A stretch of DNA of 63,674 bases, filler included, from Reticulomyxa filosa (GCA_000512085.1; 22 parts of 22 records of this genome joined end to end with filler, not necessarily neighbours in it); one strand, 5' to 3'; numbered from the whole stretch's first letter, positions 39,159 through 53,419 are shown. The notes: generated by a model not told the origin, from the letters alone. Numbers and translations: made by a program.

Positions 39159-42139
39159 NNNNNNNNNNNNNNNNNNNNNNNNNNNNNNNNNNNNNNNNNN
39201 NNTTAATTAATTAANNNNNNNNNNNNNNNNNNNNNNNNNNNNNNNNNNNNNNNNNNNNAAGATATGTTTTAGGCGTTCAGTTTTCTTTGTAACCTACTGT
39301 ATTTTTTAAATAGTTAAGCATAATAAGTGAAAATTTTGTTCAAATATCAAATAAATTGCAAGATATTTTAAGTGTTGTGTTTTTTGTAGAATCAAATACG
39401 ACGATATAAATATTTGTTTCGAAAAACACGAATATTATAAAAGTTTGAATTTTTCAAATAGTGCAACGATAAATATAAGAAGTCATTATAATAGTAAAAT
39501 CAATGAAAGAAAAATATTGTGTGAAATTTTGAAAAAAAAAAGGAGAAGAACAGTTCAAATTAAAGTAAAAAAACAATAAATTTCGTAGACTTGTCTTTTC
39601 ATTTTAATTCATAATGGATAACAGTAGTACATCAATTTCTACATTTGACTAAAAAGTGTTTTGATCTTTGCTGTAAAGGCATGATAAAAAACACAATAAT
39701 GAATTGGTTTTAATATCCAATTCTCTTGAGATATTTACAACTTTGAAAAAATATGATCGACAAACGCGTAAATTGATGAAAGTTATTGATTAATATTCTT
39801 AAAGATAAAAAAATTATTTATATATTTATTGAATTTTAAACAATAAAAACTTTCAAATAACATGCGAACAAATTTATTCAAAAAAAAAAATCAAGAGTTT
39901 TTTCAGTACCAAATTGGATGGAATGCCGATTGAAGTTTTTGATTGTCAATTTTTTTTGTCAAAATGTTTTTGTGAAAGACAATTCGTATACGATCGGATG
40001 ATCGTAAATAATTTTAATTACATAATTCGATCAATATATTTATTACAAACTACTTTTTTTTTTGTCAATAAAAATTACAATGAAACAACTTCAATTGTTC
40101 AATCTTATTAAAACAAACTACTTAAATAACTTGCAAACATCAAATCCTTGTTGACACAGTAATTCTTTACACATTAAATTTTTATTAGCTCTCACATTTT
40201 TATCAAATTTCTGAACAAATTTGTTTACAATCAATCTTTTTAAAAACAAATAAATGAAAATTATCAAAACTACCTCTTTTTCAATTCCATAATCGACAAA
40301 GGACAAGTAAAAAAAGCTAGGATACACCCGTGAAGTGATTCACTAGCTTATTTTTTTTGGAACTCTTTGGTAGTTTAGGTTGCTTGTTGTCTTGAAACTA
40401 AAATCTGTCAATAATGAGCATGTACCGCTTTTGGAAGTTACTATTACTGTGTGTGTTGCCTTGCCTTGTGGTCATCTTGAACGCGTGCACTTGCACAGAA
40501 AAAAAAAATTGTAAGAACAAGTTTTAATTTATTACATTTGTTCGTTTGTCCAAGCGATGATTAAAAGAAAATATCTTTGTTGTTAGAAGCCTGACACGTC
40601 ATCAAACAGACTTCAAAAAAAAAAATTCAAAAAGGGGCCAATAAAAATGAATACATCTTTTAAAACATGAAAAAATAAAGATGAAGTNNNNNNNNNNNNN
40701 NNNNNNNNNNNNNNNNNNNNNNNNNNNNNNNTTAATTAATTAANNNNNNNNNNNNNNNNNNNNNNNNNNNNNNNNNNNNNNNNNNNNTATAATATTTTGT
40801 CAACTCTTTGTTGGTAGCAACTATTAATTGATGAAGGCAATGACAAAAAACTAAAATGTTATCAAGCCAATACCATCAAGGCAAATAGAAATCATTTGAA
40901 AAAGGAAAAGAAATTTTTTTTTTGTTCTTATTTAAATAAATTGATGCTGTGATTGCAATAAACAATTTATTTTATAAAAGCTTTGTTTATTATTTGGTAC
41001 TAATTAATTTCAATCAATAGCATATTTTTTTTTAAATTACAATTTTAATGATTTCTTGAAAAACAATATAAAGCATATAATCAATTCTAAAACATAATGC
41101 ATATCTAAAATTAAGTATATTCAAAGTAATTTTGATAATAAGCCAATTGATTAAACAAAATAATTTGTTTGATTTTGGCATTATTGTTGTCATCATTTCA
41201 GTTCACAGCTTTATTGGCAGCATACATTCTTCCATTGCCACTCCTTTTAAAAAAAACAAAATATTTGGTAAATTTTGAATATTAAGATGATTAGATTCAC
41301 AGAAATATGTAGAAGCTGTATTTAATGAAAAATGGCAAGAAAGATGAAAGATATAATACAGGACAACAATTAACTACTAATTCTTTACTATAATTTGATA
41401 GATCTTACTTTATGTAAAAAATGAGAAAATTATCTGCATTAGATATTCGTATTCATAAAGATGCTTTAATTGCACAAAAGCAATACAATTATTAAAATAA
41501 TCAACATTTAATTCAATTGATATAAAAAGAAGATATCCAGCACAAATGGTAATGCTAATAATAATACTATGATAAAATTACAAAACGTAGAAGCATTACA
41601 AACAATATTATCACAATTAAATGATAAAGATTTTTTTTAGAAAATTTGAATATAAAAATATAATTAATTTGAAATTTTCGTTTTTCAGCTTCAAAGTTTG
41701 CACGATTGCAACTATTGTTGGATACAGTTTTTTTTGTTGCAAGTTGTATTTTCTGGTTTGAAATTGGTAATTGTTGTTTTTTTCCTCTTTAAAAGCATTC
41801 CTTTGCTGATCTAGAGTTTTTCTCTCACTTCAACTTGTTCATTTCATAGTACAGAGTCCGATTCTACAAAAGAAAATGAAAGCTCAACAAAAATGCAGCG
41901 GTTGGAGATACCAACAAAAAAAATACTTTTTTGTACAAAAAGCTACAAGCTTAAACAAAACTTACAAATATGAGCAGAAGGGATAACTTCAATTATTAAC
42001 GAAGAAAAAAATGACAACAAAGTGAAAATGAAAAATTAAAACATAAACTTTGAACTTTTCCAATAGAGAGCAAGTACTACGATTCAAAATGAAAATTCAT
42101 CCCCTTTACAAAAAAAACTTTAAAAAAGCAATAATAAAA

Positions 42140-42330
42140 GATGAATACTGCAACTTTGGCACCTTTACCACTTCCATTATTTGAAGCTAAACTCTTCATT
42201 TGTGGGAATGAATATTATTCTTACAAGTTGATTTGTTCTTGTCCAAAAGACAAATAACGTATTATCTTTTGGTGGATTAATAATGAATTATACAAGTATT
42301 TGGAATAATGATAAAATAATGAATACGTTA
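42140..42330 (+). pseudogene. Degenerate Kelch-type family fragment
   Basis: Fragments TLAPLPLPLFEAK, FICG, YYSYKLICSCP and LSFGG, with deletions and no continuous ORF. Confidence 0.4.
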
Positions 42331-42762
42331 ATAAATGGATACGCAAGTCATTCGGCTCGAACAGTTGGAAGAGGGAAAAAAAAAGTTTGTCAATAATAAA
42401 ATAAATAATATCATGTTTTTTTTATGTAACTGTATGAGAATAGTGAATGGAAAAAAAGTGAATGAGATTGAACTTGCGTTACGGGACTTATCTTCTTCTT
42501 GCCCAAGATCACATGCATTATCCAAAGGATATCGCACAAGCAATGGACAACTTTTCGTTCCATTTTTCGTCCTTTTGTTCCCCATTTTATGTACATGAAC
42601 TGTTTTCACTTTGCGTACATCTTTTCCTCACTCGTACATTTNNNNNNNNNNNNNNNNNNNNNNNNNNNNNNNNNNNNNNNNNNNNTTAATTAATTAANNN
42701 NNNNNNNNNNNNNNNNNNNNNNNNNNNNNNNNNNNNNNNNNGGGGGGGGTTATTAGGATACT

Positions 42763-45700
42763 GTGTCTTGTATCGATCCATTTTATTTCTTATTTTCCAG
42801 ACATAGTCGTTTGCGATTGGATAAAGAAGACCGCATCGCAACGACGTATGAAGAAATCACGTCCAAATGGATTGGCGATATGTCCTTGCGACAAGAGTGG
42901 ATGGAGTTTCGAAAGCAACATAACATCTCCAATATTGTCACTGATGCATTCGCGGACGTATGTAGTCTCAGTTCAAACTACTTTGATGCCAATGTTAATG
43001 CTGATGTTGATGCTGATGCTGATGTTGCAGGCTCTCCACCGCCGCCATTGCATGACATGTCCTTGTTTGGACTGCCCAATTCCAAAGAGTATGCCTTACA
43101 CTTTTTGCAACTTACGTATCCTTATCATTCCAAAATTATCTGCGATCGTTGCAGGCAGTCACGACGATCTTATATTCTAGTTGCTTTTTTGTTTGTTTTT
43201 TTTTTGTCTATTTATGTATATACGTAAATTTGTTGGGAGCAAAAAAAAAAAATGTCCATTTCTTTTTTTTTTTTTAAAAAAAGGGAATCCGTTACAAATG
43301 TACGTATTGCAATGACTTTGACTTATGCGAAGACTGCGAAGAAATGGTACACTTGGAGTCAATAGGAATGCCGACATCTTTGGCGGTGAAATATATGGAA
43401 TGTCAGCGGCGACACAAGCGCAAAAACACGCCGCTGCCCTCTTCCATTCTCATTGACTGCTGCTACGCAGAATGTCCTTTCCGCCAATTGACAGCCAACG
43501 AAATCATCGAACACATTTCCACCATCCATCACGACGATCCCAGAGTAGTGTGGTGTCCCATTTGCGAAGTCAATGGCCATCAGTACAGAAATCTGGTCAT
43601 TCAACCCGAGTTAAACTTGTCACGGCATTGAGTTTTCATATGTGATAGAAGAAGAAAAAGAAAAAGAAAAAGAAAGGAGGACATTATTATTATTATTTTT
43701 TTTTTTTAATTTTTTTGAAGAGAGAAGGGAATCAAATCAGATTTATGTACATATATACATACATGTATAATTTTTTGTTTTGTTGCAAAGTTTGACAAAG
43801 CACTTTAAGGAAGAACATGACAGCGATCATGACCCCACGACACATGTGATGATAAAGCTTCCCAACGACGTGTTGAAACAGCACGACAAGGAGGAAATTG
43901 AACTGCCACAGGTGGAGGTGGACCATTCCTCCGACGGGCCGTTGCTGGAGTACTACATAAACGCACTGGCTAACACGGATAGCAAAGAGGACCAAGCCGA
44001 GTTCGAATGTTTGCCATTGGACCAGTGGTATCGACAACATGTCGTCCACCAAGGCTTTTTATGTCACGGATGTGGAATGCAGCCCATTCGAGGCGTTCGA
44101 TTTTCATGTCTTAATTGTACCACAAATAATGGATCTCTCGGGTACTTTTATTTATAGTGTTATATTAATCTGTACTCAAAAAAAAAAAAAAATATTACAA
44201 AATAAAAATATGAAAGATTTACGCCAAGTCTGCACGTCGAAAATGAGCAAAGTGCCAACGGGACGACGTATACTCGAATTGCGAAAAATGGGTTTCATTT
44301 GTGCAGTGAGTGCGAACACAAGCATTCTCAAGGGATGGAAGAGAAGGACTTGTCATTACTATTGCATGATCCCCGACACGTCTTTGTACAAATACGCAAA
44401 CCAATTCGCAATGTTGTCATTTTTTATGAAGACGAAGAAGAAGAAGAAGAAAAAGGAGAAAGAAAAGAAGATCCTGAAGTGCAATCGCGACGTCTGGCTG
44501 ATTCATCCTCTCATGACCAGTCTGATGATCTAAAACAACTCGAACGAACACCTATGGATGTCGACCTATCCATTGCAACAAGATTAGAGGCGGAAGAAAA
44601 GGAAAATCAAAAGGAGAAGGAAGAGAAGGAGGAAAAGGAAGAGCGCGGGGATGAGGAACAATCCAACTTGCGAGTCCCTCGCCTGAAAGCAACAAAGGTC
44701 CCAGCACATGAGTTCAAATTTGAGCATCGCAAGTTAATGTTCGCTCCGCTCGTGTCGGTCACCCCTGCGTTCGATTATCGATCTGAATGGTTCTATCTTA
44801 CTTTGTGCACTATTTATTACAGCCTGGCTCCCATCATGATGCGTTACATGGTTTGTTTTTGTGTCTTGTGTCTTTTGCTCATTCTTTTGTCTTTGTTCTA
44901 GTTCTGCTCTCGTTCCTGTTCCCACGGAATTCTTTTTTTTTTTTTTTACCAATTTGTTCTGAATTTCACACACACACACATACAAAAGTTCCTGTGCAAA
45001 GAAATGCAATCGCAATCGCAATCGTTGCATGGACGACGAGCGGATGATGAAAATTTGAGAAGGGTGTTTACGAACAATGGAAAAAGACGAATTGGATATG
45101 AGGTGGAGCTGTGGAATCCAACACTGATAAATAACGTCTGGAGCGTATTTAGCCTGTTCAGCAAGTGGTTTGTGTTGAACGTGAAGCGAGCGCAGAGAAA
45201 GCAAAAGCGAAAAGAGAAAGCAAAAAAAGTAAAGGCAAAAGAAAAAGAAAAGAAAATAGAAATAAAAATGACAATAACAATAATAATAATGATAATAATA
45301 ATAATAATAATAATGATAATAATAACGAGGAATTGGACTTGAAAGAATTGCCAGAGGAGTTGCCAGAGACATTGGCGAGTTTGCCCGAGTTCATGTTATC
45401 TTTTTTAGGTCAGTACACGGCGTTTGTGTTGACGCACGAGGAGCTGTTGCGCAAGAAGCACACGAGTTCGAAGCAAATGGACCCGTCGGCGATCATCGAG
45501 CTGTTTGTAATGTTGTTCCGACAGCCGTCGTTCATCAAGAACCCGCACATGCTCGCGCAGCTGTTGGAGAACTTTTGCGAGTGGACGACGATGCACGACG
45601 ACGTGCACGTGTCGTTCCTGCGCAACTGGCTGCAGTGCATGCCAATGCAACGATACATGATCGGGTCGCTGTTGAACCTGTTTGTAATGGCCGATGCACG

Positions 45701-46225
45701 TGCGTCGCTGAAGGTGGTGAAGTTGTCGGTGCGCAACAATGTGTGTCGATTGCTGCTGTTGTTCCTGGACAAAGACCGGTTGGAAGATACGTGCTATCAT
45801 CAAAGCAGCGATATGATGCTGCAGTACCTGCTGCAAGACCCTTTGGCATGTCGTGCTCGCATGGCCTTTGTCTCGCATCTCATGGATGACCTCACGTGTC
45901 TCTTTGATGAAGCCTTTTCGCTCTTCTTCTCCATGCTCGACTACTTTCAGCATTATATGCGTCTGGGCGAAATCAATCGTCGCAATCAACACTTTAAACT
46001 CTTCCTCTACCAGCAGCTGCTCAACGACGACTACAAGTATAATACCCTCGTTACACTCATTTTGGTCCTGCTTCAACTCTTGGAGCTTGTCTGCAGTCTG
46101 CCCTTCTTCCAGTCCCATTGTCTCTTCAAAGTCGAAATCCTCAAGCAATTCGCCCCTTTCCTCGTCTTTTACATTAACAAAATCTTTCAGTCCATTCAAG
46201 TGCTTCACAATTTGATGGCTGGTAA
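42763..46225 (+). CDS. UFD2/UBE4-like ubiquitin conjugation factor E4 core with inserted ZZ, Di19-type C2H2 and second ZZ zinc fingers; partial
   Basis: Ufd2-core motifs in order: IDPFYF...RLDKEDRIAT, EWFYLTL...LAPIMMRY, LASLPEFML, FIKNPHMLAQLLE and FVSHLMDDLTCLFDEAF. Introns at 43180-43283, about 43610-43790 and about 44142-44217 splice in frame. One frameshift near 45230. Confidence 0.8.
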
Positions 46226-46380
46226 TGTATCTTCCAATTTCATATCTTAATATATCAAGAGAAAAGAAGAAAGGGGGGGGNNNNNNNNNNNNNNNNNNNN
46301 NNNNNNNNNNNNNNNNNNNNNNNNTTAATTAATTAANNNNNNNNNNNNNNNNNNNNNNNNNNNNNNNNNNNNNNNNNNNN

Positions 46381-48363
46381 GAAATTGCAAAATTAAAGAA
46401 AAATTCTGGGTACACCTTTTGAAGTGTTGAATGCACCCAGAACTGCAAAGATATTGCAATACTTGAAAGAATGCAAAGCCATCGCCTTCCCTGTTGATAC
46501 AATAACAAGTCAACTTGGTACAAGTGGCAATGATGAAGATGGAAAAAAAACAAACAGAGAATAGGTCAGTAGTTCCTCTGAGACAAGAAACCGCAAACAC
46601 ATTTAATTTGGTGGAAGAATTTTTACAAAAGTATTCTATTTTTGTTCAAAACCAACTCAATTCTTTGAACCTTACTGAGGGTACAGCAATACCATCGAAC
46701 AAAGACGATGTTGACAACGACGATAATAGAGATATGATTGAGAAAGTTGAAAATATTCTCAATCAATTGACTGAAGTCAAAAAAACTAGAAAAAGGTTAT
46801 TCAACAATATTTGCATACTTTCCACTAGATATAATTGAACAATTTGAAAAACGATTGAAACGGATTCATTTAAATCTATCTGATGAAATACGGCGATTGA
46901 CAGCTGTAGAAACAAACACCAAGCAATTGAAAAAAAAAATTGCAATTGCTAGAACTTTGAGTGAATTGGATGAGTTCATTCAAAATTCTAATTTCAAATT
47001 TCGTAATCTGTTTGAAAAACACCAAACAAGAATCTATAATGCTGAGGCTGACATCGAACCGGCAGTGTATCGTTGCCACAAAAATGCGTGAGCTTGAACA
47101 AAATAGCGACAACTCAGATAAAAAAAAAGCACTCAATGATATTGAAGCCCTTTTGTCAAATGCTTTGTATGTCTTAGCCAAAAAAATAAAGGTGTTACCA
47201 CTTGAGGAGAATGAGACAAATATTAAAAATATGGACGAATTGAGGAATAATTTAGAACATATGAAAAGAAGCACAAAAATTTGTCATCAAATTTGTGGAT
47301 AAGGGCGACACAAAAAGAAGTTGCAACAACAATAGAAAAAGTTAAATCTGACATTGAAAAAAATATGGACAGGGAATTTAAAAAAATCGATAAATTGATG
47401 GATACTTTGAATTTTTTGGAGATACAACAGAAAATTAGTTTTATTCAAAAGATGGTAGAAATTGTAAGGGATTATTGTGAGCCAATTTCTTTGAAGAGTA
47501 AAGACATGAAGGAAGGACAAGAAAAGCATGAAAAAAGAGTAACCACAAGCATGGGTCGTGTGAATGAACATAAGGAAAAGATTGAAAAAAAACTGGGAGA
47601 AACTGTGGATCACTTCAAAGGTACTAAATTAAGTGAATATAAATCTCTCAAACCCAGTGAAGTTCATGCCAAACTTATTGCTGCAAAGTATGAAAATGAA
47701 TGGAAAAGGATTGAAGACGATATTATTAAAAAGATCCAAGATCAATTGGAAACAACCTGTAATAACATGGAGAATGTATCGTCAAAGCAAACCCAAACTT
47801 ATATACAACTGTGCAAGACAGTGGTGGCAATTTTGCGTGATCACATGAAAGAAATGCTTGATAAAGATATCAAGCAGAGCGAAACAGAAATTGATGACAA
47901 AATGGACAAAGTCACAAATAAGGTAAATGAGGCACTAAATACCAAAAGCATAAGCTATATTAATCAATTCTTGCATACGTGTACAATCATTGAAAAAGAG
48001 AAGATCGAATTCCAAGCCATCAAGATGGCTCGAGAAATAGATGAAGGGATGAACCAAAAATGGGCCAACGAAGATGTAGCTGGGGCATATAAAGGATTTG
48101 AAAGATCTATTCAATATTAAATCAACAAAACTAAATCTACCCGCAGTTAACAGCAGCTTCGACTCAATTCGAATCAGAAAATCAAAGAATTAGACAGAAA
48201 AATTTCCAACTCTTTTTTGTTATTGGAAAAGAAATTCAAAACCAATATCGAGAAAAAAAATGTACCAGATTTACTAAAAGTGTTAGACATCATGAAAATA
48301 GTTGGCGATGATAATTTTCTGCAAAAATTGAAAACATTTAAACAAAAAAAGATGGATTGTGGT
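46381..48363 (+). pseudogene. Disrupted coiled-coil-rich gene (pseudogene or error-rich contig)
   Basis: Successive overlapping K/E-rich ORFs in different frames (46515, 46855, 46961, 47281, 48217) without clear introns. Confidence 0.5.
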
Positions 48364-48556
48364 NNNNNNNNNNNNNNNNNNNNNNNNNNNNNNNNNNNNN
48401 NNNNNNNTTAATTAATTAANNNNNNNNNNNNNNNNNNNNNNNNNNNNNNNNNNNNNNNNNNNNACAAACTTTTGGATAAATGTATTTGTATTCGAAGTTA
48501 GATGTGTAATTAAATGTATATAAATGTATTATAATAAATAAAAAAAACAAACCAGT

Positions 48557-49284
48557 TTACAATATTTACGATGAGTGTCTACTTGATCAATAGACGAAAT
48601 GATGACGGCGTCCTCGGCAAAGTACAGAAGTAAAGATGGAGTACGGCTTCGAACGGGCGATGCGTTCAATGGCCGTCAAATATATCACCAGAGCGGATCG
48701 AATAACCTTGGCTCGGGCATCAATCAGTATGCTTGTGGAGGAAGCCGTGTGTTGAGCATTTATTTGAACATGCCCGTTGTGCAAGATGCGATACACGTTG
48801 CAAACATACCATGGACTTGGCAAGATGGCAATTGGACCAAATATACTTCCACACAAACAGGTTTGTTGCTGTGTCCTATCCTTTTGCTTTTATTTTTTGT
48901 TTTGTTTTGAAAAGAAGAGAAATATATTTGCTGTTGGTTATAGATTTGAGACCTTACTACGCTCAATGGGTGCAAAAGTTTAAGGTATTAATTTACTATG
49001 GCGATGTGGACGGTGCAGTTCCTTATAACGGCGGCGAGAAATGGACTGAGGGATTGGGATACAAAATCAAGGAGGCTTGGCGTCCTTGGACAACAAATGG
49101 AGAAAATTTAATGGGAGGATATGTGCAAATGTATGATACTCCTTACAATTTCACCTTTTTAACTGTTCGAGGTTCTGGGCATATGGTGCCACAGTACAAA
49201 CCTCCTGAAGCTTTGGCCATGTTTAAATTTTGGTTGTTTGATTTGGGTTATCCACCTTATACTGGTGTACCCACTTTTTATTAA
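48557..49284 (+). CDS. Serine carboxypeptidase (S10), C-terminal part
   Basis: YNIYDEC, KVLIYYGDVDGAVPYNG (catalytic Asp) and FTFLTVRGSGHMVPQYKP (catalytic His). Intron about 48861-48943. Confidence 0.92.
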
Positions 49285-50305
49285 CTATGAGCTTGTAAAC
49301 TAGTCCATTCTTAATTAATAAAAATTCGGGAAATTTTTTTTTATCGTTGATTCGACATGGATTTTAAGTCAAAGTTAATTAAATTGCGAGTACTTCTTTA
49401 TGTAAAAGAAATGTTTTACACATAAATAACAACGAAATATCCATACCATGCCATTGCCTTTTTTGTAATTATAATTTACTATATATTTCCTTTTTAAATA
49501 AAAAGTGAAAGTTATATGACTAAAAAAAATTACTTATATGACCATTATGATAAATTTTGAACAAAGCTGATTTTTTCACTTTTTCAAGGTGTTTTTTGTT
49601 TTCGTTCAAGGGAATTTTTTTATTTCAAGAAAGCAAACGTTTCGTTTTAAGTTGTTTTTAAAAAGTATAAATGTTGATAATCCGAAATTGTAATGTGCTA
49701 AAATAGTTTAAAACAAAGTTATTGCTCCAAACAATTTACAGTCATAACAAATGTGTAATTTTAAAACAAGACGTTTATTGAAATAAAAACGAAAATAAAG
49801 CAAAATAAAAAAGTATTGAAAAACCAAACAAAAAAATTAAATCAAAAAATATCTTAACAAAATCAACACGAGTCACGAATGTGACGTTTGTGATCAAATA
49901 TTTTATTTATATATTTTTTTTCATTTTTTAAAATTTTTTTTTACTCCAGTATGAGCATTATCATACTAAAGAAAAAAAAAAGATGTTTCAACATTACACC
50001 CAACTTTTTTTCTTTAATAGTATTCCCTTCCCATTTTTTTTTTTGCATTTTGTTGTTTTAATTGGCATTGCAATGTTAAAGAAAAGTTTTTTTTTCGCCC
50101 TGAATTTCTTTTTTTTTGTTATGATTCAGTGATTTGTTGATTTTTTTTTATTTTGATTGTCGACGAGCAAATTTGCAGTGTTTATTGCGTTGATGCCGTT
50201 TTTGTTTTATTTTGTTGGATTTTTTTTTTGTAAAATTTGTGGAGTGTCGCTAGGACTTTTCAAAAAAAAAAATTTTTATAAATAAATCAATAAACAAAAT
50301 AATAA

Positions 50306-51471
50306 ATGTTCAATGATATAAGCTCGTCCACCCATCGAGAGTTTCAAAAAGGGTTGGATACAGATGAAAAGCGTCGCGTGCGTGAGGAAGAGAGGACATC
50401 ATTGCGAAAGCAACAGAGGACACAAATATTGAAGAAGCGACGAGTTGCATTACAAACAAACGAGCCAAGAACAAAAGGCAGTAACAACGACAGCAACGAC
50501 GACGACAGCAACGATAACAATGACGATGATGACAACGATAGGATGAAGGAGGCAGAGATAAGCTCGGAAGAAATGGTGAGTTTTTTTCAAACAAACGAAC
50601 AAAATGAGAATGATATTAAAAAAGCTTAATTTTTAGAAAAATCGGGAGGTGTACAAAAGTTCACAATTGTAATGTATGCGTGTATATATATCAAAAAAAA
50701 AAAGGGGGGGGGGGAACATCGAGTAATTTATACATTGCCATGAGTGTTCAAAAAAAAAAAAAAAAGTTGAAGCGATTGCGCGAGCATGTCGAAGGATGTT
50801 TTTCAGACGACGTAAAAAGGAACTTTGAATCGTGCACATATATTCGGAAGCTGTTGGCAAACGACGATAAAATGCCAACAGACCAAATAATAGCCAGTGG
50901 CGTAGTGAAACGACTGGTGGACTTTTGCAGAGCGGACCTCCCAGCGGACCTGCAGCTCGAAGCGGCGTGGGCATTGACAAACATTGTGTCTGGCGATGCT
51001 GAGCACACGGCGAGTGTGATCCGAGAAAACGGAATCCCGGCGCTTGTCAACTTGCTGGAAACCACGAAAAGCAATGACGTGTTTGAACAAGCCTTGTGGG
51101 CTTTGGGCAATATTAGCGGCGACAGTGCGGAATGTCGCAACTTGGTGTTAAATGCCGGCGCCTTGGACAAATTGATCCCTCGCTTGCACAGCTTGCAAAA
51201 AAGTGGAAATGAAAAGCATTTGGAATTGCTGGGCACGGGTTGTTGGGTGCTTAGCAACTTTTGTCGAGGAAAGCCCCCGCCGCCCCCTCCCATGATCGCA
51301 AAGTGCATTGCCGGATTGCTCTCCTTTCTGGTGATCCGCAATGACGCCATTCTGCAAGACGCGGCCTGGGGGTTTTGCTATTTGACAGATCATGACATAG
51401 GAGAAGATGAGGATGAAAATGAGAATGATGATGGTAATAGTAATAGTAATAATAATAATAATAATAATAAT
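50306..51471 (+). CDS. Importin alpha (karyopherin alpha), 5' part
   Basis: IBB domain RRVREEERTSLRKQQRTQILKKRR. ARM repeats LQLEAAWALTNIVSG, EQALWALGNISGDS and WVLSNFCRGKP. Intron at 50576-50766. Confidence 0.93.
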
Positions 51472-51711
51472 NNNNNNNNNNNNNNNNNNNNNNNNNNNNN
51501 NNNNNNNNNNNNNNNTTAATTAATTAANNNNNNNNNNNNNNNNNNNNNNNNNNNNNNNNNNNNNNNNNNNNCTACTACATATGATTAATTTGAAATATAA
51601 AAACATACATTGCAATGATATATAATTCATTGATACTAAATGAATACTCCAAGATATTATTTCACTTCCGACAGTGAACCAAGAAAAAAGCCGTCAAGTA
51701 AAAAAAAAACC

Positions 51712-52898
51712 ATGTCTGTTAAGTTGATTGCTGAGCAAGTTTTGTCGTTAACATTGTTATCTTTTAGCGATGGTAGCGTTCAATATGTGGATAAAAATGG
51801 ACATTTTTTCCGTAATCTAAGTGATAGCACATACGAAACAGGAGGTAGTTTGGGCTTGGAAACAGCTAGTGTTTCTGCTTCCACACATTTTTTGAGATGG
51901 ACACAGGCCCTGACACGGTCAATGATTAAGCCTGGATTGAAATGGGACGAAATGCTACTGTTTTGTTGCATATGTGTTGGTTTGGTGACCCTGGGAGGGA
52001 TCACGAGTGGTTTGAACGTGTCGTTGTTGGCCATCGACCCCCTAAAAATTCGTTTGATGGAAACTTCGAATGTTCCATACAACCAAAAGATGGTCAAAAC
52101 GGTCAAGCCTCTGATTGAAAACCAGCATTTCCTACTGGTGACCTTATTAGTTGCAAATGCAACAGGTTTATACACACACATTAAAATGAATACATATATA
52201 TATATATATATGTATTCATTTTATTCTTTCCTTTTCTTGTCCCTCCCCCTTTGGGACCAAAGCAAAGATAAGAAGAAAAAAAAAGTCCGATTTTCCGTAT
52301 CTAAAGGGACAAAAACTAAGGAGAAAGAGGGGGGGGGGGGCACGAAAAAAAAAAAAAAAAAAGCAATGGAAGCCCTTCCAATATTCTTGGATGAAATGGT
52401 CGCCTCGTGGCTGTCAGTGATAATATCAGTGTCGTTTGTGTTGGTGTTTGGGGAGATATTGCCGCAAGCATTTTTTGCACACGATCCCATGAAAGCGGGA
52501 TATCGGTTTGCGTGCGTGGTGAGAGTACTGCAGTTTCTATTTTTCCCCATCTGCTATCCGCTGGCGTGGCTGTTGGACCGCCTGCTTCCACACAAACACG
52601 GCTGGTGTTTTCGCACTTTGAAATGCAAACGCTGTTCCAACTCATTTCACAAGACGCAATGTATGCCGAGACGAGACAGCAATTCCACGCAGATGAGTTG
52701 CGCTTCATCGACGGCGCTTTGAAGCTGCAGTCGCGTTTGGTCACCGACTCCATGGTCACATGGGACAAAGTCCGCTGCTTTTCACATGACTTAGTTCTCG
52801 ACAAAAACGGGCTCCAAAAAATATGGTCGTGTGGATACTCCCGTATTCCCATCTTCAAAAACCATCCCAACGATATTGTCGGCCTCTGTCTAGTCAAA
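51712..52898 (+). CDS. CNNM/DUF21 + CBS-domain metal transporter, partial
   Basis: GITSGLNVSLLAID, HFLLVTLLVANA/MEALPIFLD and FVLVFGEILPQA, then CBS-region GYSRIPIF. Intron at 52166-52363. Frameshift near 52595. Confidence 0.9.
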
Positions 52899-53160
52899 GT
52901 TTATATATGTATACATATAATATATATATGTATACATATGTATATATATATGTATATATTATATATGTTATGTGTATATTTGTATATGCATATGTTATTT
53001 GTTTAGTAGTGTACGCTTTTTTTTTTTTTTTACATTTCAAAAATAAATAAAACTTTATCTTGTGTATTTATTTACATATACAATAATGCTTATTAGTAAT
53101 ATGCATATGCATATTGATGTAGAGTGGTAATATGCAATAACGTGTATGTATGTGGGGGTG

Positions 53161-53193
<33 letters not shown>

Positions 53194-53419
53194 GGGTTTT
53201 TTTTNNNNNNNNNNNNNNNNNNNNNNNNNNNNNNNNNNNNNNNNNNNNTTAATTAATTAANNNNNNNNNNNNNNNNNNNNNNNNNNNNNNNNNNNNNNNN
53301 NNNNTGTGTGTGTGTGTGTGTGTGACGCTCTATTGTTTTGATATATTTTTGTATTGAAGAAGAATGGACTTATATTAAGCTTGCTATTGTTATTGTTATT
53401 GTTAATGATAATGATAATG

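Noticed and set aside
40414-40510. Signal-peptide-like first exon (MSMYRFWKLLLLCVLPCLVVILNAC) followed by GTAAG
   Set aside because: The nearest acceptor gives an immediate stop and the contig ends soon after, so it cannot be supported.
45405-46208. Long antisense ORFs over GC-richer exons (also 28343-28858, 38183-39073, 50748-51350, 56176-56790)
   Set aside because: Shadow ORFs opposite better-supported genes.
1786-46225. Apparent cluster of ubiquitin-system genes (WD40/F-box, F-box-LRR, TRAF-RING, UFD2)
   Set aside because: They lie on different contigs joined artificially.
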